From positions 16,672,589 to 16,736,588 of the forward strand of contig NC_081362.1 in assembly GCF_030684315.1 (NCBI RefSeq): 64,000 bases of DNA. Reading direction: 5' to 3'. Below, in pieces: positions 26,728-40,959 of the stretch; position 1 is the stretch's first letter, and every line of letters begins with the position of its first letter. The notes beneath the pieces were generated by a model. The model made no database searches. It saw nothing but the letters and a program-made list of their open reading frames with translations, and was not told where the DNA came from. The position numbers and the translations under genes were made by a program. This DNA comes from Stegostoma tigrinum (lineage: Eukaryota).

Positions 26728-26893
26728 CTGCATGAGCAGAAAAAGCTCAGTTTTGAGTTGAGTATCCTTAAAGTGTTCTATTTTCTTATTAATTTCCAGA
26801 AAGTAGGTACAAAGAGCAATGATAGCTTGCTGTGACCCTGAGAAACTTTGGGTCTTTGCTTCATTAAATACATCAAAATCACACATGGGAGGA
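26728..26893 (-). CDS. ARMT1: ARMT1 exon 4 (PPMCDFDVFNEAK...LLMQ)
   Basis: gttgcag|T CCT acceptor and CAG|gtaggt donor; 166 nt, phases match neighbouring exons. Confidence 0.95.
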
Positions 26894-27505
26894 CTGCAAC
26901 GCACAAAAGAGAAAACTAAATTAAGTTACAGACTTTACAGCTGAAAGTTCAACATTTCTTGCTATTTAACCTCATCAATTCTAGTTGATCTCTTGTAAAA
27001 TTGTTCAGACAAAAATAAATGATTATATTTATTTACATACATGTTAACAAAGAAAAACATCTCAGGTGTTTCACAATGAGATAAAATAATGCTTTTATAT
27101 GGCAACGTATTACATCCGTAGCCAAGGAATCATGGGGTCACAATTTTGAATTTACAAATGCCACAAAACTTTTATGTTTGGTTTAGAGAAAGGGACATTT
27201 GTTTCCTGAGTATAGAGACTGACTAATGCATTGATAATGAATGAAATTTAGTTAATGGGGAAAAAAAAGTGATGTATTTCAGTACAAAGAACACACTCTC
27301 AATGGTAAAACGTCAGGAGGAGCAGAGCAATTTAGGGTTATAGATACGCAAATACTTAAAAATAGGAGAACAAACTGATAAATATGTAAAGACACCGTGC
27401 AAATGCAATTTCTACCCTTCAAATGCAACTTCTATCCTCGGTTTATTTTATAGACATAATTTCTTTCAATGTTTAAATTTACTTTTAATGCATCACTTTA
27501 CTCAC

Positions 27506-27747
27506 TTGAGTTGTAGTGATTCCTGAATCCTACGGTACATGTAACATTCCATGTACAACCAGGGTGATTTAAACCAGCTGGGGCATTCATCATTATCCAG
27601 TCTAGCTTGTTGCTGTTCTAGGTATTCATTCCACAAGTCAACATCAGGTAATCCATCTGTAAGTGGTAGTGCTGGCTTGTCAGTTTGCACCTCATTTCGT
27701 AACTTAGCCAACAGATAGATAGCTCTCTTTTCTGCCTCAACACCTTC
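27506..27747 (-). CDS. ARMT1: ARMT1 exon 3 (EGVEAEKRAISLLAKLRNEVQTDKP...PWLYMECYMYRRIQE)
   Basis: tttttctag|GAA acceptor and AA|gtgagt donor; 242 nt; conserved WLY-ECYMYRRI motif. Confidence 0.96.
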
Positions 27748-28999
27748 CTAGAAAAATACACAGCATCATCTTAGATACATTTAGGCAAAATTATCATAAA
27801 CTAATGTTATTCTTTATGCAACATATGACAAAATACAAATCGAACATTTTGTTATGTAATTTTTATACTTTAAAACAATTTATACATATCGTTCCCGTTT
27901 CTCACAAAACTTGATGATCTGACACACAAATAAGCTGATAAATTATGACACTATTTGGGCAATTTTGTTTTTGATAATTCATTACAAGTGAATCACAAAG
28001 TAAGAAAATAATATTCTGTGCTTGTAGATTTTGGTCAAAGAGCATCCCAATTTAACCTCAGCATCCTCTTCACTCCCAACAATCTTCAATACTCTTTGCT
28101 AATTCACCTAATTTTTTTAGTGCTACATTAATGTTCATTTAATATGCATTGTAATTGCTCTGTTTCATTGGCTGCACAGTGAGTTGAAGGCTGTGGAGGC
28201 AGACAGGAAAGTGGAGTCAATCAGATAGCCATTATTTTATTGAATGGCAGAGGAGCTCGGTGGGCCAAGTGGTCTACTCTTGTTCTATTTCTTCTGCTCT
28301 AATGATCAGAGATTTCTTGACATTAGAGGACAAGAAAGAGATCGCTGTACTTAAATCTCTTTATTCTATTAAGAATAAAGAATTAGAAAATTGGAGCACC
28401 ACTCCAAGAATTGAGTAAAAACAAAATATAGGCTGGCCCTCTAGTGCTGCACTCTGAGGCGCTATCTAGCAGATGAACCAACATTAAGCTAACAGCCCGT
28501 TTGCTTAGTCAGGCAAGTTTAAAAGATCCCATGGAACTATTTGAAGAACTGTAGGATATGTTAGCTAACATTCACAAACATAACGTAGACTCTCAATCCG
28601 TTCTTTCATTTAAGTACAGCACGGTATATTGACATCACAACACCATTAGCTATATTCTCTCATTATTACGTAACAAAAATCCAATAATGTCATTCTTTAA
28701 AATTTCAATTGATCAAGCACACATATCTTGGAGAATCAAATTCTACATTTTCACTTTGCTCTAAACAAAAATAAATACACCTGATTTCACTCCCAGATGG
28801 CCTAGCTGGAGTTCTGAAATAATAACCCTGTTTGAGATTCCTTCAACACTGGAAATATTTTATTTGTATTGACTCTATCTAGTCACCCAATAAAGTTCAA
28901 TTATCTTTTAAGTTCACCACTAAACTTTCTAAACTCTAGCCAAAGTAGATCTATGCAACCTATTAACTGAATTTAACATTTTAAACTTGGTACCAAGTT

Positions 29000-29950
29000 T
29001 GGTATCAAAGAATAAAAGATTTAGTAAATGCAGTATGTGAGAAACAGGAGGCTGTCCACTTTGGTAGGATGACTGGAATGCAGAATAGTACTAATGTTTT
29101 ACCCAGTTTTAACCAATTTTAACCAGTCAGCTCGGCGAACCAACAAACAACTCCAGAATAGTTATGAAAAGTCGAAGAAATTGCACAATGCTGCAGTACA
29201 AAGCAATGTTAGTACTGTATTCCGAATCACAAAAGGTAGCATGTGAGTGGATCAAGTAGTTTGGAAGGCAATTGGAACACTGGCCTGTTTGCAAAAGGAA
29301 ATCAGGTACGAAAGAAGGGAAGTGTTGTTACACCTATACAGGACTTTAATGTGACTGCATTTGGAGTGCAGAGTTATAGGATCATACAGTACAGAACAGG
29401 ACCTTCGGCCCATCAAGTCTGTACCAGCAAAACTAAACTATTATCTACATTAGTCCCACTTACCACACCCTGAAACATTAACTCTGATTTACTATTTGCA
29501 GATGCTGCCAGACCTGCTGTGCTTTTCCAGCAACTTCTGTTTTAGTTCCTGTCCATAAGTGTGTACAGTTTTGGTTTAATTCCTTAAGTAAAGATATAAT
29601 TGTATTAGAAGCAATTGAAAGAAGATTCATTCAACTAATTTCTGGGAATGAAGGGAAAAACGAAGAGAAAGTTGTGCAGATCGGGCCTATACCCACCAAA
29701 ATGTATTAGAATAAGAGGTGATCTTATCGAAACATGTAAGGTTCTGTGGGGATTCACAAGGTGGATACTAAGAGGATGTTTCCTTTCATAGGGGAGTATA
29801 GGACACAGCTTAAAAATGAGGGGTTTCCCGTTTAAGATGAATAAGAAGAATCTTTTTCTCTCAGTGTTGGTCCGTGAAATTCTCTCCCCAGAAAGCAATG
29901 AGGCTGGATCATTAAATATATTCAACACTGAGTTAGATGGATATTCTCAC
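29000..29950 (+). mobile_element. CR1 LINE fragment with nested short insertions (about 29370-29550)
   Basis: DIIVLEAIERRF and IRGDLIETCKVL remnants. Confidence 0.7.
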
Positions 29951-31849
29951 ATTCTTGCGTGTTTACTCTGGTGAATTTGCACTGTACCACCTTCAAGGCC
30001 ATTACATCTTTCCTGAGGTTTGATGTTCAAAATTGAATGTTTTCTTCCAAATGCAATCTGACCATGGTTGCATGCAATTGAAGCATCACTCCCTCCTTCT
30101 TCTGAATTCTGGCCCCCTTGAAATAAAGTCAGTGGGCCACTTTTTCCGAGGAGTAGCAATCTCACTCTGATTATCACTGTGATTCCGCAAAAGGAGATCC
30201 ACATCTCCAAGAAGAGGTTCCACTCAGGAGGTTCCTCAGAAATGCAGTCTTATTTCTATTTGGATCAGGACCAGTAGCAAGGAGGCTGAGTTGGGTCTAA
30301 CAGGGGAGGCTTTGGTCCCAGGGGTATACATAAACGCCTAAACGCCTTGGAAGTTCCTAGTAGTCCACCATAATCAAAATATTGTATTTTTTTCCCCAGA
30401 TCAAAAATGGACGATCTCATACTTCTCCTCATTGAACTGGAATTATAATTGCTTTGTCTCCTCAGGTAATCTTCCTCCTTCATTTGTTACCTCCTCCTGC
30501 CAAACACAACTCATTGTGTCCCCAAATTTAAATGTCACCTATCAATTTGGATGAATAACTCTCTATTCCTTCATCCAACCCAAAAGTATGTTGAACTGCT
30601 AAGGCACTTCAGATATCATTGTTCCATTCCACCCAAAAGAGTAAGAACTGTGTATCCTTACTTTGTCTCCTACCTGAAGACAGATTCATCTCAAAATCAA
30701 AACATTACAGTTCAGTCAGATAGTTCTTGTTTTGTTTTTTCACAATGTGGTGAGAATTGGAGCTCACTGTCACATGGAGTGGCTGAAGCAAACAGGATTG
30801 ATGTTTTTAAAAGTGGGATTTACTGTATACATGAGGAAAAAGGGAATATAATAGCTATTAGGGTAAGATGAAAGCGGCAATTAGGCTAATGTGGAATATA
30901 ATCAACCTGGGGAGAACAGCATGTCATTTAAATTATGTATTCTTAATCTGATATCTGTAGAATCTTGTGTATGGGAAGCCAGCCATAGCCTATTAATTCC
31001 AAATAATAGAATCTGTCAGTTTACCTAAAGCTTTGATCCAAGTCTTTGCAGAATAACTTTAACAAAAGAAAACAAGCAGATGGAGTAGCAAATGAAAGTT
31101 ACCGATCAGAAATAAAACAATACTCTAGCCTTACAATGCTGAGAACAATATCCTCCTTTAATATTTTAATATTGAAATTTACACCTGCTTTACTTATTTA
31201 TGTTAGGTACATTACTAAGTCCCACTGTCAAAACTTAGCAAAATTTACCAAGCTCATCTGAAAACTTTTCAATTTCAAAAAGTTATCATGGAATCATGCA
31301 GCACAAAAGGAAGATATTTGGCTTAATGTGTCTGCACCAATTCTTTGAAAGCACTATCCAGTTAGTCCCAAGCCACTGCTCATTTCTCACAGCAAACTAT
31401 ATTTTTCCTTTAAGTATGCACAGTATACAATTCCCCTTCAAAACTTACTATTAAATCTGTTTCCACCATCTTTTCCAGCAAATCATTCCAGACCATAAGA
31501 CATGGCATACTGCTTTAAAAATTTAAATCCCTCTGCTGGATTTCTAGCAAATTACCTTAAAAGTATGTCTTCTGGTTACTGACACGTGCAATTAGAAATG
31601 ATTTATCTCTTTATAATCTATTAAAGCCTCTCAATTTTGAACACCTTTATTAATTCCTCTGTTAAATGTCTCAGACCTGCATCCTCCCTTTCCTCTTCAC
31701 TGCGCTGGGCTGAGATCAATCCAAGTTTCTTTTGTCTCTTCACGTAACTGAAGTCTCACAGTCTTTCTATTAAAACTCCTCTGCACTCCAACGTTATTTT
31801 TGAACAAGTTAGTAAAGTTACATTTCTGTAACAGTCAATCTCCACTCAC

Positions 31850-31955
31850 TTGTCCATGTTTCTCAAAAAAGGTATCCATGTGTCGATGTACTGAATCAAT
31901 AGCTTTAGTCAGTATCCGTGGCAGTCTGTCTCTAATAGTTAAGTATGCAAATGAC
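31850..31955 (-). CDS. ARMT1: ARMT1 exon 2 (SFAYLTIRDRLPRILTKAIDSVHRHMDTFFEKHGQ)
   Basis: ttgttgtag|G TCA acceptor and CAA|gtgagt donor; 106 nt; matches the ARMT1 SFAYLTI-DR-P-IL motif. Not in the ORF track. Confidence 0.95.
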
Positions 31956-33249
31956 CTACAACAAAGAAATACTGTACATCAGGAAGGTTATATGGCTACA
32001 GGATGCAATAAGTTAGTACAGATTTTTCAGTACAATGTCAGGATCATGGAAGATTCTTTTGGCATAACTGGCTGATCACCCAAATAACCAAAATATTACT
32101 TCTCTGGCATATCAAGAAAAACCTTGAAATAACAGGAAAGCACTATAATAGGAAACCGCAAATATGGCATAAAATCAATACTGTATTTTGTTGCAATTGA
32201 ACCAGGCTTCTGTGCAGCAGGGAACACTTACAATGTACAAGCTAAGATCGGCTGAGTTGCAAAAATGAACCCACTGAACAAACTTTGATATTGTAGATTT
32301 CTCTTTACTATATATGAAATTACATGGACCACTGGGACCTGCATTCAAATTCAACCTTGACAGGTATAAGTTTTTCTCTGCCTGCTGATTGTGTGGGCCT
32401 TTTGTAAAATAAATTTGTCCAACTTTGCTAAACAACCTCAGATTCAGCAACAACAGAGAACGCACTTTGAAAGGCCATGGGATGACAGGTGTGGAAAATA
32501 GTGCAGTAGGCATGTTAGGCAAATCAATCTTTCAGATCAAACATGAACCTACCTTCTAACATTTACCCTCTCCTGTGGAAATAGAAGAACCCCTTACATG
32601 ATTTGAAGAGCAAGGGAGACCTGATACACCAACACGATTAAAACAGATTATCTTTTCGTTTTCACATCGTCTTTATTGGGGCTTTGCTGTTTATAAGTTG
32701 GCTGCTTTTCCAACAACAGGCTACACTTAAAAATTTACTTGAACTACTATAAAACACTTTGGGGTGTCAGGGACGAGTAAGAGGCACTGCAGAAGTGCAC
32801 GTCTTTATTCCAACAACTGTAGATGCACAAAGGTTTAATCTTTGTTATTAATGTTATGTATTTATCTCAATTCCTGGGTCACAGCTTAAGCACATTGCAG
32901 AGATGATTCCCTGAAAATATAGCCACAGTGGAGTGGAGTGAAGTGAAATGGTCAATGAATCTTGCTTTTATTGGAATTCCAGTTTCTCTCAGATGGTGCC
33001 ATTCTTGCCTCAGAAGCAAGAAGCTAGAACGTGGAAGTTTTCCCCACTCTAGAATCTGAGCTTTAGCTGGATACACATTAGTGCCAAGGAAACACTGCTT
33101 TGTTAACAGTGTCATCAAGATGCTAAAGTGAGACCCAAGTTCAACTAGAAAAAAGTTGTTCTATAGTTTCTCTGGAAATAGCAGTGTTTTCCCTGTTCAC
33201 GGGTAAACACTTTTCTCCAAATCAACACCACCAAAAATGAATTAATTAC

Positions 33250-34040
33250 ATCACAAAATCCCTGCAGTGCAAAAAGAGGCCACTTGGCCCATCCAGACCA
33301 ACCACACATTTACTATGGCAAATCTGCCTAGCCTGTACATTCCTGGAAACTGCAGGGTAATTTAGCATGGCCAATGCACCTAACTTGTACGTCATGAGAC
33401 TGTGGGAGGAAACCATGGCATCTGGTGGAAGCCCACACAGACTCAGGAAAAACATGCAAAACTCCACACAGACAGTCACAGAGTCATACAGCACACAAAC
33501 TTTGCTGCAACTCATCCACGCTGACCAGGTATCCCAAACGTAACTAGTCTCATTCGCTACGTTTGGCGCATACCCGGCTAAAACTTTTCTATTTGTGTAC
33601 CTGTCCAAACGTATTTAAAATATTGTAACTGTATTCACCTCTACCATCTCCTCTGGCAGCTCATTCCACAGACACACCACCTTCTGTGTGAAAAAGTTGC
33701 CCCTCGGGTCCTTTTCACATTTTTCTCACTTCTCACCTCTCACCTTAAACCTATGCCCCCTAGTTTTTTTACCTTTGGAAAAAGACTTTGGCTATTCACC
33801 TTATCTATGCCCTTCATGGTTTATAAGCCTCTATAAACCTCAGCCTCTGATGCTCCAGGGAAAAAAAGTTCCAGCTATCCTTATAATTCAGACCGTCCAA
33901 TCATGCAACAAGCTTGTAAATTTTTTCTTCACCCTTTCTACTTTAACAACATCCTTCCTATAGCAAAGGCTGGAACTGAACCCCAGTCCCTGGCACAGTG
34001 ATGCAGCAGCACTAACCACTGAGCCACTGTGCCATCCAAT
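33250..34040 (-). mobile_element. HE1-type SINE split by a CR1 3' fragment (about 33480-33965)
   Basis: V-domain at 33360-33478 and tRNA-like head at 33965-34035 flank CR1 3' sequence. Confidence 0.75.
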
Positions 34041-36365
34041 TTGTTCAACTGTTTCATTAATACCGCAAGATTTTTGTGTGGCTATAAGAACATTAATATG
34101 CTCTCACCGAAATTCATTACAAAGTCACTTCTAACTTTAACAACTGTGAAATCTCATCAAATATTTTACTTAAGAAACAAAATCAGATAGGGATAACTAG
34201 TTTAAGTATTTTGTTCTCCTTGGTGACTAATAGAACTGTGCCGGAAGTTTTGTTATCTCTAGACCTGACTATTCTGAGCACTCTTGGCTGGCCTCCCACT
34301 TTCTACCTTCCAGAAACTTGAAATCAAGCAAAATTCTGCTGCCTGTCCTCAATCACAACAAGTTCCATTTACTCATCACCATTATACTCACTGACCTATA
34401 CTGAGGCCTACTGACAAATCATCTGGATTTTAAAATTCTCATTTTTCAACTTGGAATCCTTCCATGACTTTTCCCCTCCCTATCTCTGTAATATCCTAAC
34501 GTCATACAAGCCTCCAAAACATATACTCTCCAATTTTGGTCTCTTGCATCCCTGATTTAGTGTCTGTGTTTTCAGAGAAGTCCTTAAACAACATAATTCC
34601 ATCTCTTAACTTCTATATCTCCATTTCCTCCTTTGGGACTTTTCTTGAAACCTAACTCTTTAACCAAGTCAACTGACATAATATCTCTTCATGTGGGTGA
34701 GTTGTAAATTTTGTTCTGTAACATTTCTGTGCTTTGGGATATCTTCCTATTTTGAGCATGATATAAATACAAGTAGTTCATGTTGTTGGAGATTTTTTTC
34801 TCTCATGTTGGATATATTTTCCAGTAAGCAATACTAAATTTACATGATATCTACACGTAACCCTAAAGAAAGATTTTAATTCAGAAAGCAAAATGCAATT
34901 TTCATTGGTGTTTCCCACGGCAATATTACACCTTTCAAACGAAAGAACCCTTGTGAAATCATGGGTTTCCAAACTTTTTACTTTTTGAACTTTCAAGGTA
35001 TCACTAATAAGACATGTAAAAATTCCAAGAGTGAAGGATTATGTAAAAGTTAGAGTACATTTGGACACAGTCAATGGGCGGAGAATACTGCCTCGATGCC
35101 TCTGTCTTTTTGTTTGGAAAATGATGGCAATGTATTTCTGAAATTATTTTAAGATTTCAAAATGAGACTGATGAAATTTTGCCAGTTCTTTATTTTTGTC
35201 CTCTTTATACCCACACTGAAAGAATAATTATTCAAAGTACAGACTTGGGACAGGTTGCCAATAAACATTTACATTTGCAAAATGGCCAATGTGGAAAAGT
35301 GAGAAAATACATGGTGCTGACTAAACTCCATCTTGCTGAAAACAGATGGTTGGATCAACAGTGTGGGAACATAACCCCAGAGAGTATATCAGTTGAAAGG
35401 TCATCCATTTTCTCAGTAATGAAACGCAGTAAGCCAGGTCAGCATTACCACCCTTAATGATAAACATTTTTCAAGAATTTAACCTTCAGATCTATTTTAC
35501 CTTGAATGTAATTGTTTCCCTTCTGTTATTTGTTTAATTTCCTTGTTTTTTTTTAAGAGGGGAAAGTTGCTTTAATGTAGTTGGCAGCAACATCAATGTT
35601 TGCAATTTTAATAAGCTCCCAAAAAATACAACTTGGTTCTAATAATTTAAAAACCAATATCAGCATTTTTATCATACAGTAGCTACTATTTCAAAGTTGT
35701 TTGAGTATCTGGGAAGAAATCTGAAAAGTACATTCTCAATGACCTATAACTTAACATCATAGCGCAAGAATCATGTGGTATAAACAGAATCACTTTTGAG
35801 TTTGACCAAGAAATGAGAGTGAAATTAAATAACAGTCACAAAAGTAGGGATCATAAGTTACAAAATTAAATACTGCATATTCTTAAATGTCAATCATTAA
35901 TCTTTGACTTTTATAAGCAAAGGCATGTCAGGTGAAATAATTAGGTATGGTGAGACTTATCCATGATAAGGGCAGTGTCTGAGTTGATACTGGTGTCAGT
36001 GGGTAAGTTTCAAATCCACTATAGACTAATGCAAAATCTAACATCTCTTGTGTGAATACCATTAAGAAACAATGTATTATAAAATACTCTAATTGATAGA
36101 TAAAAAGGAACAAAATCTGAGAGAACAACAGAGTGTTTCAAGGCCAGAGGAATCATGGTGTGAAGCTTCACTGAATTGCATGATTTCAGCTACAAACTTC
36201 AAATATAAAATTAATGATATCTCAGCTGAGCAGTCTGAGAAATTTAAACATTGTTGAAATTCCACTATATCCACCCTCCAGTTTGCAATATTCTAGGATG
36301 GCATTTCCCATTAATTAGAGTAGCATTCAAGAAATCCTTCATTCGTTTATTTTCACATATACATA

Positions 36366-37996
36366 CAGTAAAATCATGATGAGTCAAATTGGATAACCCA
36401 AAACTCTGGATCTACTGAAGTCATCAGCCAGTCCCACCAGCCTAACAGCATAGCAAACAGAATGGTGTCAGTGAAAAGACAAAATTCTGAACTGGTCATT
36501 TTGGATTAGACAAGCTTGTCATCTCACCATGCCAACCAATCAGAGCAAAGTTAGGCCAGACTAGAGTGAGACATCATGCAGCTCTGGGCCAGCCATCATT
36601 TGAAATCAAGACCTCTCTGTAAAGGAACATGCAAAGCCTGCAAATTTGGCTAGACCTACAACGAAGTTTAAAGCGTTATCAAAGAGAAAGTCGAGTAGAG
36701 AAAGCAAGTGGAATACCGTGATGCAAAATGAAAAATTGTCATTGCTGAGTGGAAAATTCAAGCACTGAGTTAGTCAATGACTCTGAAACAGAAGACAAAC
36801 AATTTGAAGCGGTTTGACAAGCAGGCATTCTCTCCAGCAAGGAAGGATGAGAAGTGGCTGCCTATTGCAATGTTGAGTAAGTTTTGATAATGTGGTTCAA
36901 GACAAGCTGGGAACATTCCCATCTCCAGCCCAATCCTGCAGGAAAACTGAATCTCACTGGCCAAGAAGGTGGGCCATAACAAGTCCACATGCAACTATGA
37001 TGGCTGGACCAGTTCAAAGCAAGGCATAGCGTTGTCTTCCGTACGATAAGCAGTGAGGGTGCAATAGTTATGGCAGCAATGACAGGTGACTGGCTCCAAA
37101 ATAAACTCAGATATAATGGGAACAGATGCTGGAGAATCCAAGATAACAAAGCGTGGAGCTGGATGAACACAGCAGGCCAAGCAGCATCTCAGGAGCACAA
37201 AGGCTGACGTTTTGGGCCTAGACCCTTCATCTGATGAAGGGGCTAGGCCCGAAACGTCAGCTTTCGCGCTCCTGAGATGCTGCTTGGCCTGCTGTGTTCA
37301 TCCAGCTCCACGCTTTGTTATCCAAAATAATCTCATTCCTGTTCTGAACAAGAATGTGCCAAGAATCATGTTAACACAGGTAAACAGATTGCTTTTTGAT
37401 GTTTAAAGATTAATTGATAGGAAGTGCAGCAAGTTATGTGTCACTACAATGGTCTGTGCCCAATAGGGATGGCACCAAAAAGCTACCACTTCTTGCAGTA
37501 GGAAAGTAAAAGAAGCCATTTTGCTTTACATATATCAAGTCGTCAACCACACAAAAACTGTCTCAATGACTCTCGGCATTTTTAAAGCATGAATCAGGAA
37601 AGTACACAAAATATTTTAATTGAAGTATGATTATCATCATCCAGATAACTGTCTCTTACACTCTGACAACACTGGACCATCAAGCTGATATTCTTTTCTC
37701 CCAGCACTAAACAAAGCTCTTGCCAATGAATCAGGAGGGAATAGGCAGCTGATCTCTCAGGTTACCTCGGCCATCAAAAAGCAGACTTTTAACACAACTC
37801 CCAAAAACTGTCTTTGACTTTTACAAGGTCAGGCCATTCTAAACTGCAAAAAATTTAAAAGGTATTTTTCACATATTTACTGCAATTTCATTTAAGATTT
37901 TTTTTCAACATAGAACACATTTGTAGACAAATTGGATTACTTAGGGGCAAATTTGTGGTCAGATCCCCTAGCATTTGAGTTATTGTGATTTTACTG
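36366..37996 (+). mobile_element. Tigger/pogo-family DNA transposon fossil with both TIRs and TA TSD
   Basis: TA|CAGTAAAATCATGATGAGTCAAAT ... ATTTGAGTTATTGTGATTTTACTG|TA; internal NIPISSPILQE and WLDQFKARHSVVFRTISSE (CENP-B-type HTH). Confidence 0.8.
37095..37330. mobile_element. Penelope-derived palindromic mini-element with an intact hammerhead core on the plus strand, 10-bp TSD
   Basis: TSD TCCAAAATAA; about 88-bp inverted arms; CTGATGA 37231-37237 and GAAACGTC 37251-37258. Confidence 0.85.
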
Positions 37997-38349
37997 TAGC
38001 ACAATCTGTAATGAAATACTTTCCTGCATTACAAAAAATACAACACCCAAGTGTCATGTTTTATCTCTTGCAAGCCCATTTTGAAAGAAAATCCTGTTCA
38101 ACAGTAAGTCATTCGTCTTAGCTGAATAAAATAAATTCTCATAGATTTAATTTTCCCAAAGGATATTGTGATTCATAGAATTTACTTTCCAATCCAACAT
38201 CTGTGTGTCTGTCAACTCTGAAATTCATTTAATCTAAGGATATATTCTGATACTGAAAAGAGAGCAAAACATTCAAATCAACATGCGGTGAAGCCTCAAG
38301 GCAATGACACTTTCTTATGAACTCAATAATATTAATACTTCTAATTATC

Positions 38350-39800
38350 ATGGGGAGGTACTTTTGCTGTCTTATTGAAGAAGAGCATGATTAGTACTGG
38401 TGTAAATCTAATATTACTCATCATTTTATCAGTCCTGACTTGGATGTTGCCAAGGTCTTTTTGAATGCAGGTTTGAACTGTTTCATTAGCTGAAGAATGG
38501 GGAATGATATTGCGTGTTGTGCAATGATCAGGAAGCAACCTCACTTCAGAGCTTACAATGAAGGGAAAGGTCATTGTTGAAGCAGTTGGGCCTAGGATGT
38601 TGCCTTGGGCAACTCCTGCAGTAATGTTCTGAGGCTTAGATGGTGGACTTCCAATGACAATAACCATTTCCCAGCTAGTAGGCATTTTCCCCGTTACCAC
38701 ATTTGATGAAAAAACGTCTTGTTATTTTGTGAGATAAAGGATGTGAACCAGACAATGAGATCTGGATTTGAGTGGTTATGATGCAATTCAAACTGAACAC
38801 CAGCTAGCAGTTTGTAAATGAGATGCTCTGTTGATGAATCCTTTAACCACATTGCTAATGAGATGGAAATTTACCTGATGGAATGTGCCTGACGTGAAAG
38901 GACAACTTTCCACATTGTTCAGTAGATGTAGCTCTTTTTAAACATCTTACTTGTAGTTGTGACTGTGGGGACCACAGGTGGAAGTGGAGATGGATCATCC
39001 ACACAACAATCCTGACTAAAGATAGTTACAAACGCTTCAGCTCATTTTTGTATTCAGTTGTGCTGTACTGTTATTAATGAAGAATGGTAATGCCAATAAA
39101 CCTGTTAATGATGTCAACACTTTTAATTTGTGACAGGATTGCAGAGTTTAAGCTGGTCCATTCCTTATGTGGTCATTTAGCCAAAAGTGGTACATTACTG
39201 TCACTGCTTAGAATGCTATAATTCTATGTTGTAGTATCACCAGTTTGGCACAAAATCATGTGCATGTCTATATTCCTCTTTGAATCAGGCATGGTCACCT
39301 AGCATGACGGTGATACAGAAGTGAATAATGAGTCAGTCTGTGAAGCTAAAAATGAAGTTGCACGCATCTTTGCTGCTGCTGATAGTCTACAGCTCTTCAA
39401 GGTTGCCCAGTTTTGGGCTACTGGATCTTTAGAATCATAGAGATGTACAGCATGGAAACAGTCACTTCGGTCCAACTGGTCTATGCTGACCAGATATCCT
39501 AAATTAATCTAGCTCCATTTGCCAGTATTTGGCCCATATCCCCTAAATCCTTCCTATTCATGTACGCAACCAGATGCCTTTTGAATGTTGTAATTGTACC
39601 AACCGCCACCACTTCCTCTGGCAGCTCATTCCATGCGTGCACCACCTTCTGCGTAAAAATGTTGTCCCTTTGATCCCTTTTTAAATCTTTTCCTTCTCAC
39701 CTTAAACCAATGTCCTCTAGTTTTGCACTCCCCTGCCATGGGGAAAAGACTTTGATTATTTACCTTTTCCAAGCCCCTCATGATTTTTTTTGTCTTTATA
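38350..39800 (-). mobile_element. Decayed LINE (38350-39430) followed by a CR1 3' fragment
   Basis: NITAGVAQGNILGPT...IQKDLGNIQ; agaatcatagag terminus at 39431. Confidence 0.75.
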
Positions 39801-40785
39801 TAGTCAGGACTGCTGATTGCACCTTATGAAATAATGGATGTTACCCTCGGTCTGGCACTTGCGTCCACAATGCTACATGGAACAATTTGGCTGGAAAACA
39901 CTTTGGACAGAACTTTTTCTCTCTCTCTATCAGAAGATTGTCAGTTTATGGCATTCTCTTCCTCAAAGTTGTGAAGGCTGTATCATTATATTTATTCAGG
40001 TCAGAGTTGGACTTTGGATAGACAAGAAAGTCCAGGGTTACTGAAGGAGACCCACTGCAAAATGCAGTTGAAATCAGTCCTGCAAGCTCACTGCAAAATG
40101 CAGTTGAAATCAATACAGCAGGCTCGAATGGCCTAAACCTGCTCTTAAAATCCTATGTTTCCATCGCAGCAACCTGAGGTCATCAAAGGCACTACATCAA
40201 TGGAAAGCACTTTCCTCATAAAGTAATCCAGTTTGAGCAATCAAAGATGCCAAATTCTGTCAGGGCAATTTTTAAAAAGTATCTCGCATGTCTGGTTTGG
40301 AGGTTTTTAGTGCTAGTGGACGTGAATACTTTACTCCCTCAGAGATAAGAAAAAAACAGGAAGCAGACTGCGTGAGTCCGCCCGAGGCTCTCTCCTTCAT
40401 CCTAGACCATACAGAATTTGAATTTAGACTGATTTCCGAATAAAACCCTTTCTTGTGCAATCTCAATCCCAGGGACACTGGAAGCCCGGTGCAAAGTCGC
40501 CGGCCGAGGTCTAACCCCCAGAGGGAGGAGAGGCGATGGATTTGTGAACTTTCCAGAGTACTTTTTGTTTTCGTCTTTGTATTAACTGTGAAAGTCGCTG
40601 GTTTAGATTACAGTACTATGTGATATGTTAATATACTCGTCTATCAGAAGAGCACGGCGGGTCGCTTTCTGATGGTGTGTCAGCTGAGTACTCGGTGGAT
40701 GAACGTAACGGAGGGAGGATGGGGTCAACGACGCGCGTACAATCCCCTTTCTCTTTGGTTTTTTTTGTTGAAAAGAATTACAGAC

Positions 40786-40853
40786 CCGGTGTACTTCGCC
40801 GAAAGCGAGTCCGGCACACCTTCCCCCGTCAAGGTCTTCGGCCTTGCCGCCAT
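40786..40853 (-). CDS. ARMT1: ARMT1 exon 1 coding part (MAARPKTLTGEGVPDSLSAKYTG)
   Basis: AAGATGGCG start context; VP-SLS motif; GG|gtctgt donor in the phase needed for exon 2; total CDS 1359 nt = 452 aa plus stop. Confidence 0.88.
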
Positions 40854-40959
40854 CTTGTCCCACTGCGTCGGGAGGGGGAGGGGGCTAGAAACAGGAAGTG
40901 ACGCCACACGGGGCGGGTCATCTTGGGACGGCGCCCATTGCGCGTGCGCGATGTGGGCG

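Noticed and set aside
29947-30490. Two minus-strand ORFs in sequence not assigned to a repeat
   Set aside because: No recognisable motif or exon boundaries; probably an old repeat remnant that I cannot classify.
40053-40112. 24-bp direct repeat CACTGCAAAATGCAGTTGAAATCA
   Set aside because: Two copies only, within a LINE 3' remnant; a slippage duplication, not an array or CRISPR.
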